Below, piece after piece: positions 26,297 through 38,300 of a stretch of DNA of 64,000 bases. The DNA is from Malacoraja senta (lineage: Eukaryota): the NCBI GenBank assembly GCA_038087875.1, contig CM075993.1, positions 4,652,001-4,716,000 of the forward strand, written 5' to 3'. The position numbers and the translations under genes are program-made. How positions within the stretch are numbered: position 1 is the stretch's first letter; the number at the start of each line of letters is the position of its first letter. The notes under the pieces are model-generated. The model worked only from the letters and a program-made list of their open reading frames with translations, did not search any database and had not been told where the DNA came from.

Positions 26297-26433
26297 GGGG
26301 TGGGAGATTGCAACCTTCACGTGGTCCGCCCTGTTTCGACTAATGCAATCAACTCGACGTGCACAAACGGAAGATCAAATAGAACAAGTTGTCCAACAAC
26401 TTTAGGCTGTGCACGCCACACGAAAGAAGAAGA
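26297..26433 (+). mobile_element. Short retroposon family H1, full length, HDV-like ribozyme head (26297-26350), (GAA)n tail
   Basis: GGGGTGG-GA-GATTGCA-ACC-TTCACGT-GGT-CCGCCCT-GT-TTCGA-C-TAA-TGCAATC. TSD aggaggttg at 26287-26295 and 26434-26442. Confidence 0.9.
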
Positions 26434-29400
26434 AGGAGGTTGAGTGCCTCCACAATTGTGATGTTATTTACACAAGTGAAAAAAATAATTGCAAAATTAT
26501 AAATGTTGCATTGACATATTTACTATTTTCACATAAATTCCATGAGAACAAATTTTAATCTGCATCACAATTTTTTAGGTGGTGGTCGGTAAGTTCTGCA
26601 AGGGCAAATTTTCAGAACCAGAATGTCCAGAAAGCGAGGTCATCTCATAGTCATAAAGATTTCAAAGGTCTTTTGTACCAATTAAGGTACAGTGAAATAT
26701 GAATTACCACACAGCCATACAAAAAAACACACAACTACATAAAAGTTTATATAAACATCCACCACAGCGGATTCCCCACATTCCTCACTGTGATGGAAGA
26801 CAAAAAAGTCCAATCTTCTTTTGCAATGAAGGATCTTTGACCAAAAACATCAGCTTTCTCTGACGCTGCCCAACCTGCCTAGTAAGTCGAGCATTTTGTT
26901 AGTGCTTTGGATCAATAACATCTGCAGATTCTTGCCCCAATTTCTTTTTTGCCACTCTATCATTTTCAAGAATGATTTACTTTTCCTTGAGAAACTGCAT
27001 GGTTTCACTCAACACTTCTGAATAGTAACGTTACTGAGAATAGAAATTCAATAATCCTTACTAATAGAGTTCGGCATATATTTTCCCTTTTTTGCTATCA
27101 ATTAAAGTTCATTAAACTATCAATGAGGGCTTAATGATTCCTCAAACCCAACACAAAAATGATTACACTTCACCTTTGTTTGAGTGTCACAATCAAATAT
27201 TAATTCAACCACAATGCCAAATTTATTTGCATTTGCCTGCATTTCAAGAATTCATGACAATATCTGCATTTCCCAATTGCTGGCACCGAGTCAAGTGCTT
27301 GATGTTGAATATATTATCTATTATGATACACCACTGTAGCATTTCTGATATCATTGTCCCATGTATGTGGTACTAAACAAAGGCTCTGTCTATCTTGTGT
27401 AGGAAGGAACTGCAGATGCTGGTTTAAACCGTAGACACAAAAAGCTGGAGTAACTCAGCAGGTCAGGCAGCAACTCTGGAGAGAAGGAATGGGTGACGTT
27501 TCGGGTTGAGACCCTTCCTCAGACTGAGAGTCAGGGGAAAGGGAATGAGAGATATAGTCGGTGATATATATGATGGATCAGGCAACTGTTAAAGATTTCC
27601 ATGATGTTCTTCAACTCCCCGGCAAACATTCCTCCTTCCGTGATCATAATAATCATCAACTAGAAGCCTTGCTTGCCTTCAGTAGAAGACAGAACGGCAA
27701 ACTAATCTAAACTTTCGAGTAATTTATGGCGTGTGAAATGCTTTGGGACTTTCTGTGGTGTGTGAAGTCTACGGGTGGTATGCTTTTCATACTTCAAGGG
27801 TACTGGTTTTAATAAACCTTACTGCCAAAAGCTCAGCTCGAAGCATTTCATTGAACAAAGCTTTCACCTGTCAAAAGGGCTCTCGGGTACATAAACTATA
27901 TGCCTACTCTGACCCCAGCCAATGACAGAGTGTTGAGTGTCCCAGTGGAACCTCTCATATTATGGCTTCAAAAAGAAACTTTTCACAAACTTATTTTTCC
28001 ATCCCTCCAATCAATTCACATAGGATGGAAGGGTCGCTATATTACTGGCAGAAGGAGCTGACAGTTGAATCTTGTATTCAGCATTGTTGCCAATAATGTG
28101 TCCTCCTGACCTATTCGACACTTAAAGCAGAGATTTCTGTAAATTCACATTGTACTATGAGGAAACCTGCAGTGGTAAAGCAGCCAACAGTGCCATTCAA
28201 AATTGCAGGTTTTCACTGATTCTAGCCAGAAAAAAAAATCCCATGAAATGATTCACATGTTTAACGTATCATTTCTGAATTAGTAGTGGTAATTCAATTG
28301 AAGCACATGTTATGGCACCATTAGGACCCTCATATTTTAATAGCTGAATTATGATATCTCCTGTCAGTATTTCATTGTAAAAGTATGCTTTTGATTGAGA
28401 CAGTGAGAAAAGAGAACTCTTTGTACTCTTGTGCAAATGATAATCATAATCTTGAGCTCCCCCTCAGGCTTTCATGCAAATCTTTTTATTTTAAATGACG
28501 GCTATAACAGGAAGAAGAATATCAGATGCGCTGGGATTAAGATACAGTGGCTCTTCAAGTTGATAGAATTTTACAGTGAATATCTCAGGCTAGTTTCACA
28601 TTGACAATTGAGACAATAAATTGTATAAAGTTAGTGAAATTATAGTTTATGATTAATAAATTCCCAACCCACCTCCTGTAGAACAATTAGCATAATTCTA
28701 TGACTTTAATTGTGAGGAATTAGTTTTGAGTCTTTGATCAGCTATGCGGTGACTGAGTACTTGAATAACTATCAGTTGATCAAAGGAGTATGAAAATAGA
28801 TTTGCGAAGGAAAAGTTACTTCAGAGTACAGTACTTAATTTAATTTTTCCTCAATTAAATCGGCAAAGTGCAGAGAGACATTTTAGCGTGAATAGTAGAT
28901 ACACAGAGCTCCAGGAAACATTTCATAATGCACACACAAGAAATTCTGAGCAGAATGCCAGTATAGGCATTTATCAATGAAAATATATAAATACTAGTCT
29001 TGCTTGTTTTTAATACTAGTCTTACTTTTTGAACTTACCTGGGCAGATGACAATCCGAGTTGCTAACCAGTTAAGCTAAAACTGCTGGCACAGGCAGGTC
29101 TCACACTGCTAGTCGAAACTTTCAAAAGTGACAGTGCCAGAAAAGGGATTAATATTGAGAACAGGAAATCTCCTATAGAATGAGAAAATGCTTGAAGCAT
29201 ATGCATTTTGGGACCATGAAACTTAAGGCAGCCAATTTATCTATTCAAATTGCAAACCCAGAGGGTGGAATTCTGATCTCTGATCAACTCTTTACTGCAT
29301 GTGGTAATAAACAGAAAGGATGATAAAAACCTTCAAATTCCTCAACACTCTTCTGCAACAGGAAAATATTTAACACAAGTAAGGAAGGTTAGTTATGAAT

Positions 29401-29441
29401 GGAAAGTAGATGTTTCATTGCAATCTTTGCTGTGTGTCTTA

Positions 29442-29992
29442 AGGCCCTGTCCCACGGGCAGGCGGTTACAGGCGGTAAGCGCGGCGTAGCAGGAAGTGGG
29501 GAGCGCGCGGCTGCCACGCGGGTGCCACCGTACGGCCTGTCCCATGAGCATGCGGCAAGCACAACCTAACCGGAAGCGGCTGCCGCGCGGAGGCCGAGTG
29601 TTTACCGTACGGCCTGTCCCACGAGCATGCGAATGCATGCGGCGAGCGCGGCGTCGGGTGATGACGTCATCGCGCAACGCAACGCGCTACGCGATGACGT
29701 CGAGACGGCTCGCGGCGTCCAGGCGGTGCTCGAGGCGTCCAGGCGGTGCTCGCGGCGTACAGGCGGTGCTCGCGGCGAAGAGGCGGCAGCGGGGCGGCAG
29801 GCCGTTGCCGCACGAGATTTTTGAACAGTGTCAGTTTTTCTGAGCCCCGCGCGGTGTCGGGACCAACTACATACGGTTCCGGCGATCTGCGTGGGACCGA
29901 CCCCGCGGGCCCCTAGCGGTCCACGCGCGTTCCCCACTTCCTGCTACGCCGCGCTTCACCGCCAGTAACCGCTTGCCCGTGGGACAGGGCCA
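29442..29992. mobile_element. GC/CpG-rich Harbinger-type MITE
   Basis: ~70-bp imperfect TIRs starting AGGCCCTGTCCCACGGGCA; flanks TTA/TAA; internal aggcggtgctcgcggcg repeats. Confidence 0.78.
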
Positions 29993-31196
29993 TAAGGGTT
30001 CTATTTATGACACATTGGATGGGGTGAAAATTTCATGTTTGAAATTCTGACTATGCTTCAACACAGTGCAATGGGAACATTTTTACGATCACTCAGCTTA
30101 CTGTAAATAAACAAGTAAGTAAGTTTATTGGCCAAGTATTCACATACAAGGAATTTGCCTTGGTGCTCTGCCCACAAGTAACAACATGATATACATATAT
30201 TCTATAATTGCTGAACCTCACTATGAAGGAAAAGTAGAAACAACGAACTGCAATTCTGTTGATTTTTAATTCTGCATCTACCTCATTAAGGTATCATGCT
30301 TTGATAACATAATTGGAAAAATTAATCCAAAGCAGCTGCAAACCCTGACAGTTTGAGAGTGTGGAATTAAGGTGAATTCAGTTGAAATAACATAAACCTG
30401 GATAAAATGAATCTCTCTCATTTTAATTGGACTTCCTCACAGTGCTCAGTGCACAGTTCCTCAGTGCTGAACTCCTCCAACACAGTTTCGACAGACAAGG
30501 CCATAAAGACAAGTTTCAGAAAGGATGCAAAATTGGCTTTAATTTTTAAGAATGTTTAATTGTTTTGATAAACTTGGGTAAAGAAGTTTAATTGCCTTTA
30601 AAGTCAGATTGCTTAGTTCTAATTATTTTCCTATCAATTTTACATCTACCAATTGCACAAACACAAATGCAGAGATCACCATAGCTTCCAACACTAACCC
30701 GTTCCTTGCCCTCACTTTGTAGTCGCCAGCAGCCCTTCATTCAAGTGGCCGTGCGAGTATTCAGTCAGTTCTGACTACACTGCATGGGAAGCATCACAAT
30801 CTTGCAAAATCTGCCCTCATCCTAACACTGCTACACAGATTTAATTCTCAGCAAAGGCCACTTAATGGTGATCAGAAGCGGGGGCCCCCAGTTGCTATCA
30901 CTTCATATCCCAGTGTGTAGGAAGGAACTGCAGATGCTGGTTTACATCAAAGATAGACACAAAATCCTGTAGTAACTCAGGGGAACCGGCAGCATCTCTG
31001 GAGAGAAGGAATGGGTGACGTTTCGGGTTGAGACCCTCCTTCAGACTGGGTCTTACCCCACAACTAACTCCAGGGCAGTTGTGACTAAATGTAATTGTCC
31101 AGCTGATTTCTTCTTTATGACTCAGTACCACTTTACATGGCTAATTTAAGCTTTCCTAACAAAGAAGCAAACTTAAGACACTAAATCAATTTGTGC

Positions 31197-31326
31197 TGGA
31201 CAAAAATGCTGGAGAAATTCAGCGGGTGAGGCAGCGTCTATGGAGCGAAGGAATAGGTGACGTTTCGGGTCGAGACCCTTCTTCAGACTCTACAGTTTTT
31301 CTAGCATCTGCAGTTCTTTCTTAAAC
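31197..31326 (+). mobile_element. PLE insertion: inverted arm joined directly to tail
   Basis: 14-bp TSD aaatcaatttgtgc at 31183-31196 and 31327-31340. Confidence 0.8.
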
Positions 31327-32140
31327 AAATCAATTTGTGCAATTGCTTTGTTCCATTACAGCATCTATGTTAATAATGCATACAGGAGAAGCCGAAGTAC
31401 ACGTTCCTCTTTATAATCATCAAACCTCCAAGAAATTCTCAATACTGTTGATTTATTGCACTTCCATAAGAGCTGGCAGTCATATTTCTGGTAACTACGT
31501 AGTAAATAGCAAACGGCCCCTTCTCTTTTGGTCTTCAGTTTCATGCTCATCCATTATCATTGGCCAGTAACTTTCTTAAAAAATGATACAGCAGTTTGGA
31601 TTATTCTGCCAGTGACCTTCACCTTGCTTCTCAACCCTTTTCTCAAAGATTTTTCCATTCCAATATAAATTATTTAACCCTTTCTTTTTCCAAGTAAGGT
31701 CCTTAGCTCCATAAATTTAACAGTTATTTTCTGCTGGATGAAAATAGTGGTGTATTTCTGCAAATATTTGTTTATATTAGATACACATAATCTAAACAGC
31801 TATTTCCTTTATCATCGTAACTTTTTTGCATATCTTTAATTAATTTGTTCTATATCTCTCCACATCACCGTCTATATCTCTCGTTTCCCTTTCCCCCGAC
31901 TCTCAGTCTGAAGAAGGGTCTGGACCCGAAACATCACCCATTCCTTCTCTCCAGAGATGCTGCCTCTTATTTACTCCAGCACTTTGTGTCTATCTTCGGT
32001 TTAAACAAGCATCTGCAGTTCCTTCCCACACATAATCTCAAACCTTCACTTGCAGATTGAGAAGTTAGCCACCATTCCTCACAACGGCTTAATTGCTGTT
32101 TACATGTTAAATGAGCCTTATCTATTTAAATGGCACTTAC

Positions 32141-32206
32141 TTTGCTTTGAAGGGAGAATCTGGGATCTGTGCTCTGGCTTCCAGTGAGCTTTCATACTCT
32201 TTACCC
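32141..32206 (-). CDS. SCAPER: SCAPER internal exon (66 bp): (R)GKEYESSLEARAQIPDSPFKA(K)
   Basis: tctacatccAG acceptor and GTaagt donor. Phase 2/2 joins both neighbouring exons in frame. Resembles SCAPER AKEYESLMETKNSGSDSPYKAK. Confidence 0.95.
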
Positions 32207-32841
32207 CTGGATGTAGACAACAGAAGAAAACATTAAAACATTGGCTGAAGAATCTTAAACAAATCTAAAATGCATAGTATGTATTAGTTATTGTTTCAAT
32301 GCAGAATAAACTATTTAGCCTCATCATATGACCCTTTTCTTAACCCCTTCTTCAAAATATAGGTTTGCAACTTCATTTTCACAGTGGCCCGAGGTACCAT
32401 CGTTGTAACCCTTCACTCATCTGTGAAGTGCTCATCTGCACGAGAGGCACCACGAGAGGTTGTTTTAGGATTATGTTACATTTTTATTTAACTTCAATTT
32501 AAAAATAGTTCATACTGCATTCAACAAAACAGTTTAACCAGCATTCTCAGCTAATGGCCTGTGATTTTGAGACTGATCCCTGATTACTGATACGGGCCAG
32601 CATCGTGACTCAACAGCTGGCAAATATCTTCAGTGACCAGGGATCAATCCTAACCTCGAGTGTATTCCGCTTAGAGTTTGCATATTCTCCCCACTGCTTC
32701 AGCTTCCTCCCACCTTCCACAGATGTGCTGGTGGGTAGGTGGGTAGCAGAAGAATTGATTACAGGGAAATATGAGGGGTAATGGGACAGACGGGAATCAG
32801 AGTGTTGGCATAGATTTGACAGGACAGATAGCCTCCTTCTA

Positions 32842-33044
32842 TGTGTAGGAAGGAACTGCAGATGCTGGTTTAAACCAAAGATAGACACAAAATGCTGGAG
32901 TAAATCAGCGGGACAGGCAGCATCTCTGGAGAGAAGGAAGGGGTGACGTCTGAGGAAGGGTCTCGACCCAAAACGTCACCCATTCCTTCTCTCCAGAGTT
33001 GCTGCCTGTTCCGCTGAGTTACTCCGTTATTGTGTGTCTATCTT
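32842..33044 (-). mobile_element. PLE fold-back insertion in the 3' end of an old SINE
   Basis: Direct repeat tagcctccttctatgt at 32829-32844 and 33045-33060. Confidence 0.85.
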
Positions 33045-34186
33045 TAGCCTCCTTCTATGTTGTCAGGAAATGTGAGAAACTTCCAGTTATGTTTATGTGC
33101 ATGTACACGATGACCATACAGAACAGCAGAAAATTACAAGTGAACAACACTTGTAGGCAGCGCAGGTTATTTATAGCATTAGGTAGACAAAAGTGCTGGA
33201 GAAACTCAGCGGGTTTAACTGCATGGCACCTCATACAATGTTTTAAGAGTAAGCAATGCTCTCAGATCTTTGCTTTTATCTCTATGGATAAAATATAGCA
33301 GCAGAAACATTTCCAAGACAAGAACATTACTGAAATTTACACTCATCTTACTGGAACGATTAAAAATATAAATCCAAATGATAGGCCTACGACCATCACT
33401 TAAGATTGTAAAGACTACAAAAGAATGAAGGTTGAAAGACACTAGTTTAGCCCTTAAATCCCACAGATTGAAGAAGGGATGAGTGACGGATGTGGACTTA
33501 TTACATAGGTTGAGCACTCGTTGAGAAATGGCCAAGGCTGACAACTTCCATATTTGCAAACCTATTCCGTAAGTCTCCATTATAGGCAACCCTCAGAATA
33601 TTGGTCTTTTGCTGTGAGTGAAGGAAGATGTTGTAATTTTTCCGTTCCCTTTTCATCTATATTTTTTTGTCATTAAAATCTTCAGTTTCACACTGCAGAT
33701 ACCAGGTATAATTATTGCATTGTGATTCGCCTTACATTGTATGAGAACCCATCCATAAAACATGACAAGCTCAGTTAGAAACTAATCATTTCCTGAATTA
33801 GTTTCTGACTAATAACAGAAATAATTCAGTTTAAAATAACAGCCTGCTGGCAATCCCAATCAGAGATTAAGTCATAAATTAATGTGGTAGGGTTGATTTA
33901 CATTCCATCACTTCCCCCCCACCTACACTTTTGAAGTTGGCGATTCTCGTTCAGACAAAGCCTCTCTGGTACCGCCACTGGTCACTGGCCAGTACTTCAG
34001 CAAATCGTCAGTCTTCACGCCTGAGCTTCAACCAAGTTTAATTCCAAAACGACAACTCCATCTGATATCTGGGTGCACTTCCATGTAGAGTTAAACCATA
34101 ATCAGAAACCTTGTAGAAACAAGGAACTGGGAATGCTGGTTGACAAAAAGAAAAAGACACAAAGTGCTGGAGTAACATCTTTCGTA

Positions 34187-34398
34187 GGTACACAAAAATG
34201 CTGGAAAAACTCAGCGGGTGCAGCAGCATCTATGGAGTGAAGGAAATAGGCAACGTTTCGGGCCGAAACTGAAGAAGGGTTTCGGCCCGAAACATTGCCT
34301 ATTTCCTTCGCTCCATAGATGCTGCTGCACCCGCTGAGTTTCTCCAGCATTTTTGTGTACCTTCGATTTTCCAGCATCTGCAGTTCCTTCTTAAACAC
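34187..34398 (+). mobile_element. Young PLE fold-back nested in an older PLE fold-back (~34112-34456)
   Basis: Inner TSD gtaacatctttc at 34172-34183 and 34399-34410. Outer TSD taatcagaaac at 34099-34109 and 34457-34467. Confidence 0.85.
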
Positions 34399-35007
34399 GT
34401 AACATCTTTCATGCTGCCCGACTCGCTGAGTTACCCCAGCACTTTGTATCTTTTTTTAATCAGAAACTTTGGCTGTTTATGTTTCCCATATTAACATTAG
34501 CATGGATAATGAGGACAGGCTTAACATTCCCAAGGCTGAGAAGCATTCCAGCCCTCCCACAAGTACAACCTAGAACAGATCCTGACTGTCGAGATGGTAG
34601 TTTTAGTGTTGATCTACGGAGAGACTTTAACATTATCATGCAAAGCTCGACCAGGGCATCAGAAGAATTCACTAAAACCCCAGAGAAAACAAAAGTGGGG
34701 GTGGTTGAGATGAGAAAAAATATGCTAACCTGATTAAAACAAAACTTCTGTTTAACTAAGCAGACAATTATTGAAATAGGCATTTCCAAAACGTGATCGT
34801 ACATAAGCACAGCTAATTGAAAATTGACACTGATGGTAAATAAACTTTCCAGGATTAAGTAATAAGTAACTGGAAGAAAAGTTATTACATTTTGTGTGCT
34901 GACTTTATTGCCTATAAATCTATATAAGTTTCATGTAAGTTCTATATGCAGGGTGAAGGAAGATAAAGAACAGTTGGAAGTACATTTACCATTTGAAACA
35001 GCACATA

Positions 35008-35316
35008 GGGTGGCACAGTGGCGCAGCGGTAGAACTGCTGTCTTACAGCACCTGAGACTCAGGTTCGATCCTGACTATGGGTGCTGTCTGTGCGGAGTTA
35101 GTACGTTCCCCCTGTGACTATGTTGGTTTCTTCCGGTTTTCTCCCACATTCCAAAGTGGAGCAGGTTTGTAGCTTAATTAACTTCTGTAAATTGCCCCTA
35201 GTTGCAGGATGCAAAACTGGGATTACATAGAACTAGTGTATGGGTGATTGATGGTCGGTGTGGACTCGGTAGACCAAAGGGGTTGCTTCCATGCTATATC
35301 TCTAAATTATACTAAA
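35008..35316 (+). mobile_element. HE1-like V-SINE
   Basis: A/B boxes, central domain and CR1-like 3' end. Related copies at ~37441-37740 and ~57443-57672. Confidence 0.75.
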
Positions 35317-38300
35317 CCAGAGGTTTAATTGAACGTCATTTTTCTTGTATTGCTGATCTTGTACCTTGACCATTTTGATGATAATACCATCAAAAGGAGA
35401 TATATTTACTAACAAAGTTCACACATGATAGAAATCAATGGTCTCTTGGAGCCACTTGCAATGAACATATCAAAAATTACTTAACAACTCCTCATACGTA
35501 TCAGATCTAAAATAAATAACTTTCTGAGCTGTTTTGCAAATAAACAATATACTATACTACCAAACAATTATTTGAATTCTGAATGTCCATTTGCTCGCAA
35601 ATATATAAAATAATCTTCTAGGCTACTTTGAGACTTTGTCGAAGAAATGCTGGAATCTTTACAAGACGTAGTCCTGCTGCTTAATAAAAACAACAGCCTC
35701 CATCTATCTTGTTTACACTGGCGAACAGCCGCAACTTCCACAGATAAGGGGCACCACTGCTGCATTTGGCTCCAACTTGTCCAGATCAACAGGTGAAAGC
35801 TGTCACCTAAACATCAACCTTCATAGGGCCTTGCGTTGGGAACGCCCAAGTCACTCATATCAGCAGTGCACGTATAGAATCACTGCACAAGTATGCAGAC
35901 AAAGGGGAGACGTACTGAAAAGATAGCAGGGGATTAGGGAAAGAAATTGATTACAGAGAAATAAGAGGGGTAATGGGACAGATGGGAATCAGAGAGTTGG
36001 CATAGATTTGACAGAACAATAGCCTCCTTCTAGGAAGGAACTGTAGATGCTGGTTTAAACCGAAGATAGACACAAAATGCTGGAGTAACTCAGAGTAACT
36101 CAGTATGCATTATGAAGTGTGAAGGAGGGACTCGACCCGAAACGTCACCCATTCCTTGTCTCCCGATATGCTGCCTGCTCCGCTGAGTTACTCCCGCATT
36201 TTGTGTCTATCTAGGGGATTGTGACTTCGATTTTCGATTGTGACTTCGATAGGGGATTGTGACTCCCTGATTCACTACAGTAATTAGTAACCAGACTCGT
36301 TCCTGAAATACAAGGTTACGCAATAGGCTTATGAAGCAGCATATATTTAAAAAAAATATGATTTTGACCAGCCAAAAAGGGAAATCCTCAACTGAAATAA
36401 AATGCTTCAATGAACCCAGCAGGAAGATTGACACCAAAAAAAAATGCTTGAAGATTGAATCACCAGCAGTCAGTAATTTTCTCCCTACTGTTTTGGTATT
36501 GGAATAGAAAGTTGCCAATAATAGGAGACAAAGGTTGAAGTATGTTGCCAGAACACACAGCTCCAAGTGAGAGAGTGGAGAATGAGTATGCATTGCAGTT
36601 TCTGTTCTGTGCCAAATTAATATTGCGTCCATTTATATATCACATTTAAAGACAAAAAGATAACCCGAGGCACAGCATGGAAGCATAATTGGATGGAAAT
36701 TATTTACCAAATGGGCACTGTCCCAAATATTTTTAGACAATTTTGATGAACAAAGCATATGTAAAAGTTGAACAAATGAATAGCAAATCGATCCAATACA
36801 AGCAAAAAAAAGATTCTAAAATCTCATTCTTGTTTTGATATCCCACCAGTTAACTCCAGCCAAATAGCTTACAAGAATACTGTACTGCTCAAAATGTCAT
36901 CCCTTGCTCATTCCCACTTGTAATTGCTCCTTTTTGAGTAGTTCTCCCATTTTTTAAATTTAATTCTTCATTATTTTACTTCTACCTCTTTGTCCAAGTT
37001 GTTGTTTAATCTGCCCCAAAACAACCTTGCGCCTCAGCGTCAACTTTTTATTTGAAAATTCTCTTGTGAAGTGCCTCGAGACTATTTATAAATAGAATGA
37101 ACCATTATTTTCCAATGCCATCAATCGGGACTTTTTTGGCTCTGTTCAGGTTTTACCTCAACATCCTGTCCTTAGAATAAACAATCGTGACAAACACAGC
37201 GGCATTAGAGATGAAAAGACTACTCCCAAATACGTTATGTTCAATGTAAGTGATAGTACATCATGTTGCCCAGTGATCTGAGTGGATACAAAGAGCCAGC
37301 ACTGACAAGATGGCTCAAATGACACCTCTCACCACCCTTCTTTCCTGTGATTTTATGAATGGCAGCACAAATACTCAGCTGACATCACTGAAAATGATCA
37401 CTACGAATGTCAGAAGAGTCCATTGGTTAAATGAAAATCAGTGGCACAGTGGTGCAGCTGGTAGTGCCGCTGGTCCAGAGAACCAGGATCGATCTTGTCC
37501 TTGGGTGGTGTCTGTGTGGAGCTTGCAGGTTCTCCCCATGACCATGTGGAATTCCTCCCGAGTTACACGGACATGTGGGTTTGTCGGTTAATTGGTCTCT
37601 TTAATTTGCCCACTGGTGTGTAGGGAGTGGATGCGAAAGTGGGATAGCATAATACTAGAGTAAATTGGTGATCGATGGTCGGCGTGGACTCGGTGGGCCG
37701 AAGGGCCCGTTTCCATGCTGTATCTTTCAATTCAATTCAACTCAAAATAGTGCAGGCTAACCACCAGATGAAAATTAAAATAGAATATTTAAGGAAAAAG
37801 TCTTCAACATATTCAACGTATATATATTATTGCAAAATAACTTTTTGTGGAAAAGAAACTGCAGTTTTGTCCATTATATACCATCAGTCGACAAAATGCT
37901 CAAAAGTCAAATCCAATCAACAAATCCAGATTTTTAAGCAAAAAGGGCATTGCGAGACAGTTTTAGCACACTGAAATATTTAAGTTATTGCCAAAATACA
38001 ATATTATACCGTACTTGGGAACTCGGAAAGTCAATTAAAACCTTTAAACGTAGTATCTCACCCATAACAAAATAAGGGTTATAAAATGAAAATCAAGATT
38101 AATCTGTCTTTTACCTCCACCGTAGAAACTGTGAACAGCATTAGAGAGCTATGGAAGAGGTCTGGCGATGGAGTCAGTAAGTTGAGAGTTATATGTTAAT
38201 ATAATGGTTGCAGGCACATTTTCCATCAGTATATAATCCAGTTTGATTGCCCTGTTGTGTTTTTTTTTAAATTGCTTCATTACACTTGCCTCAAGCCATA

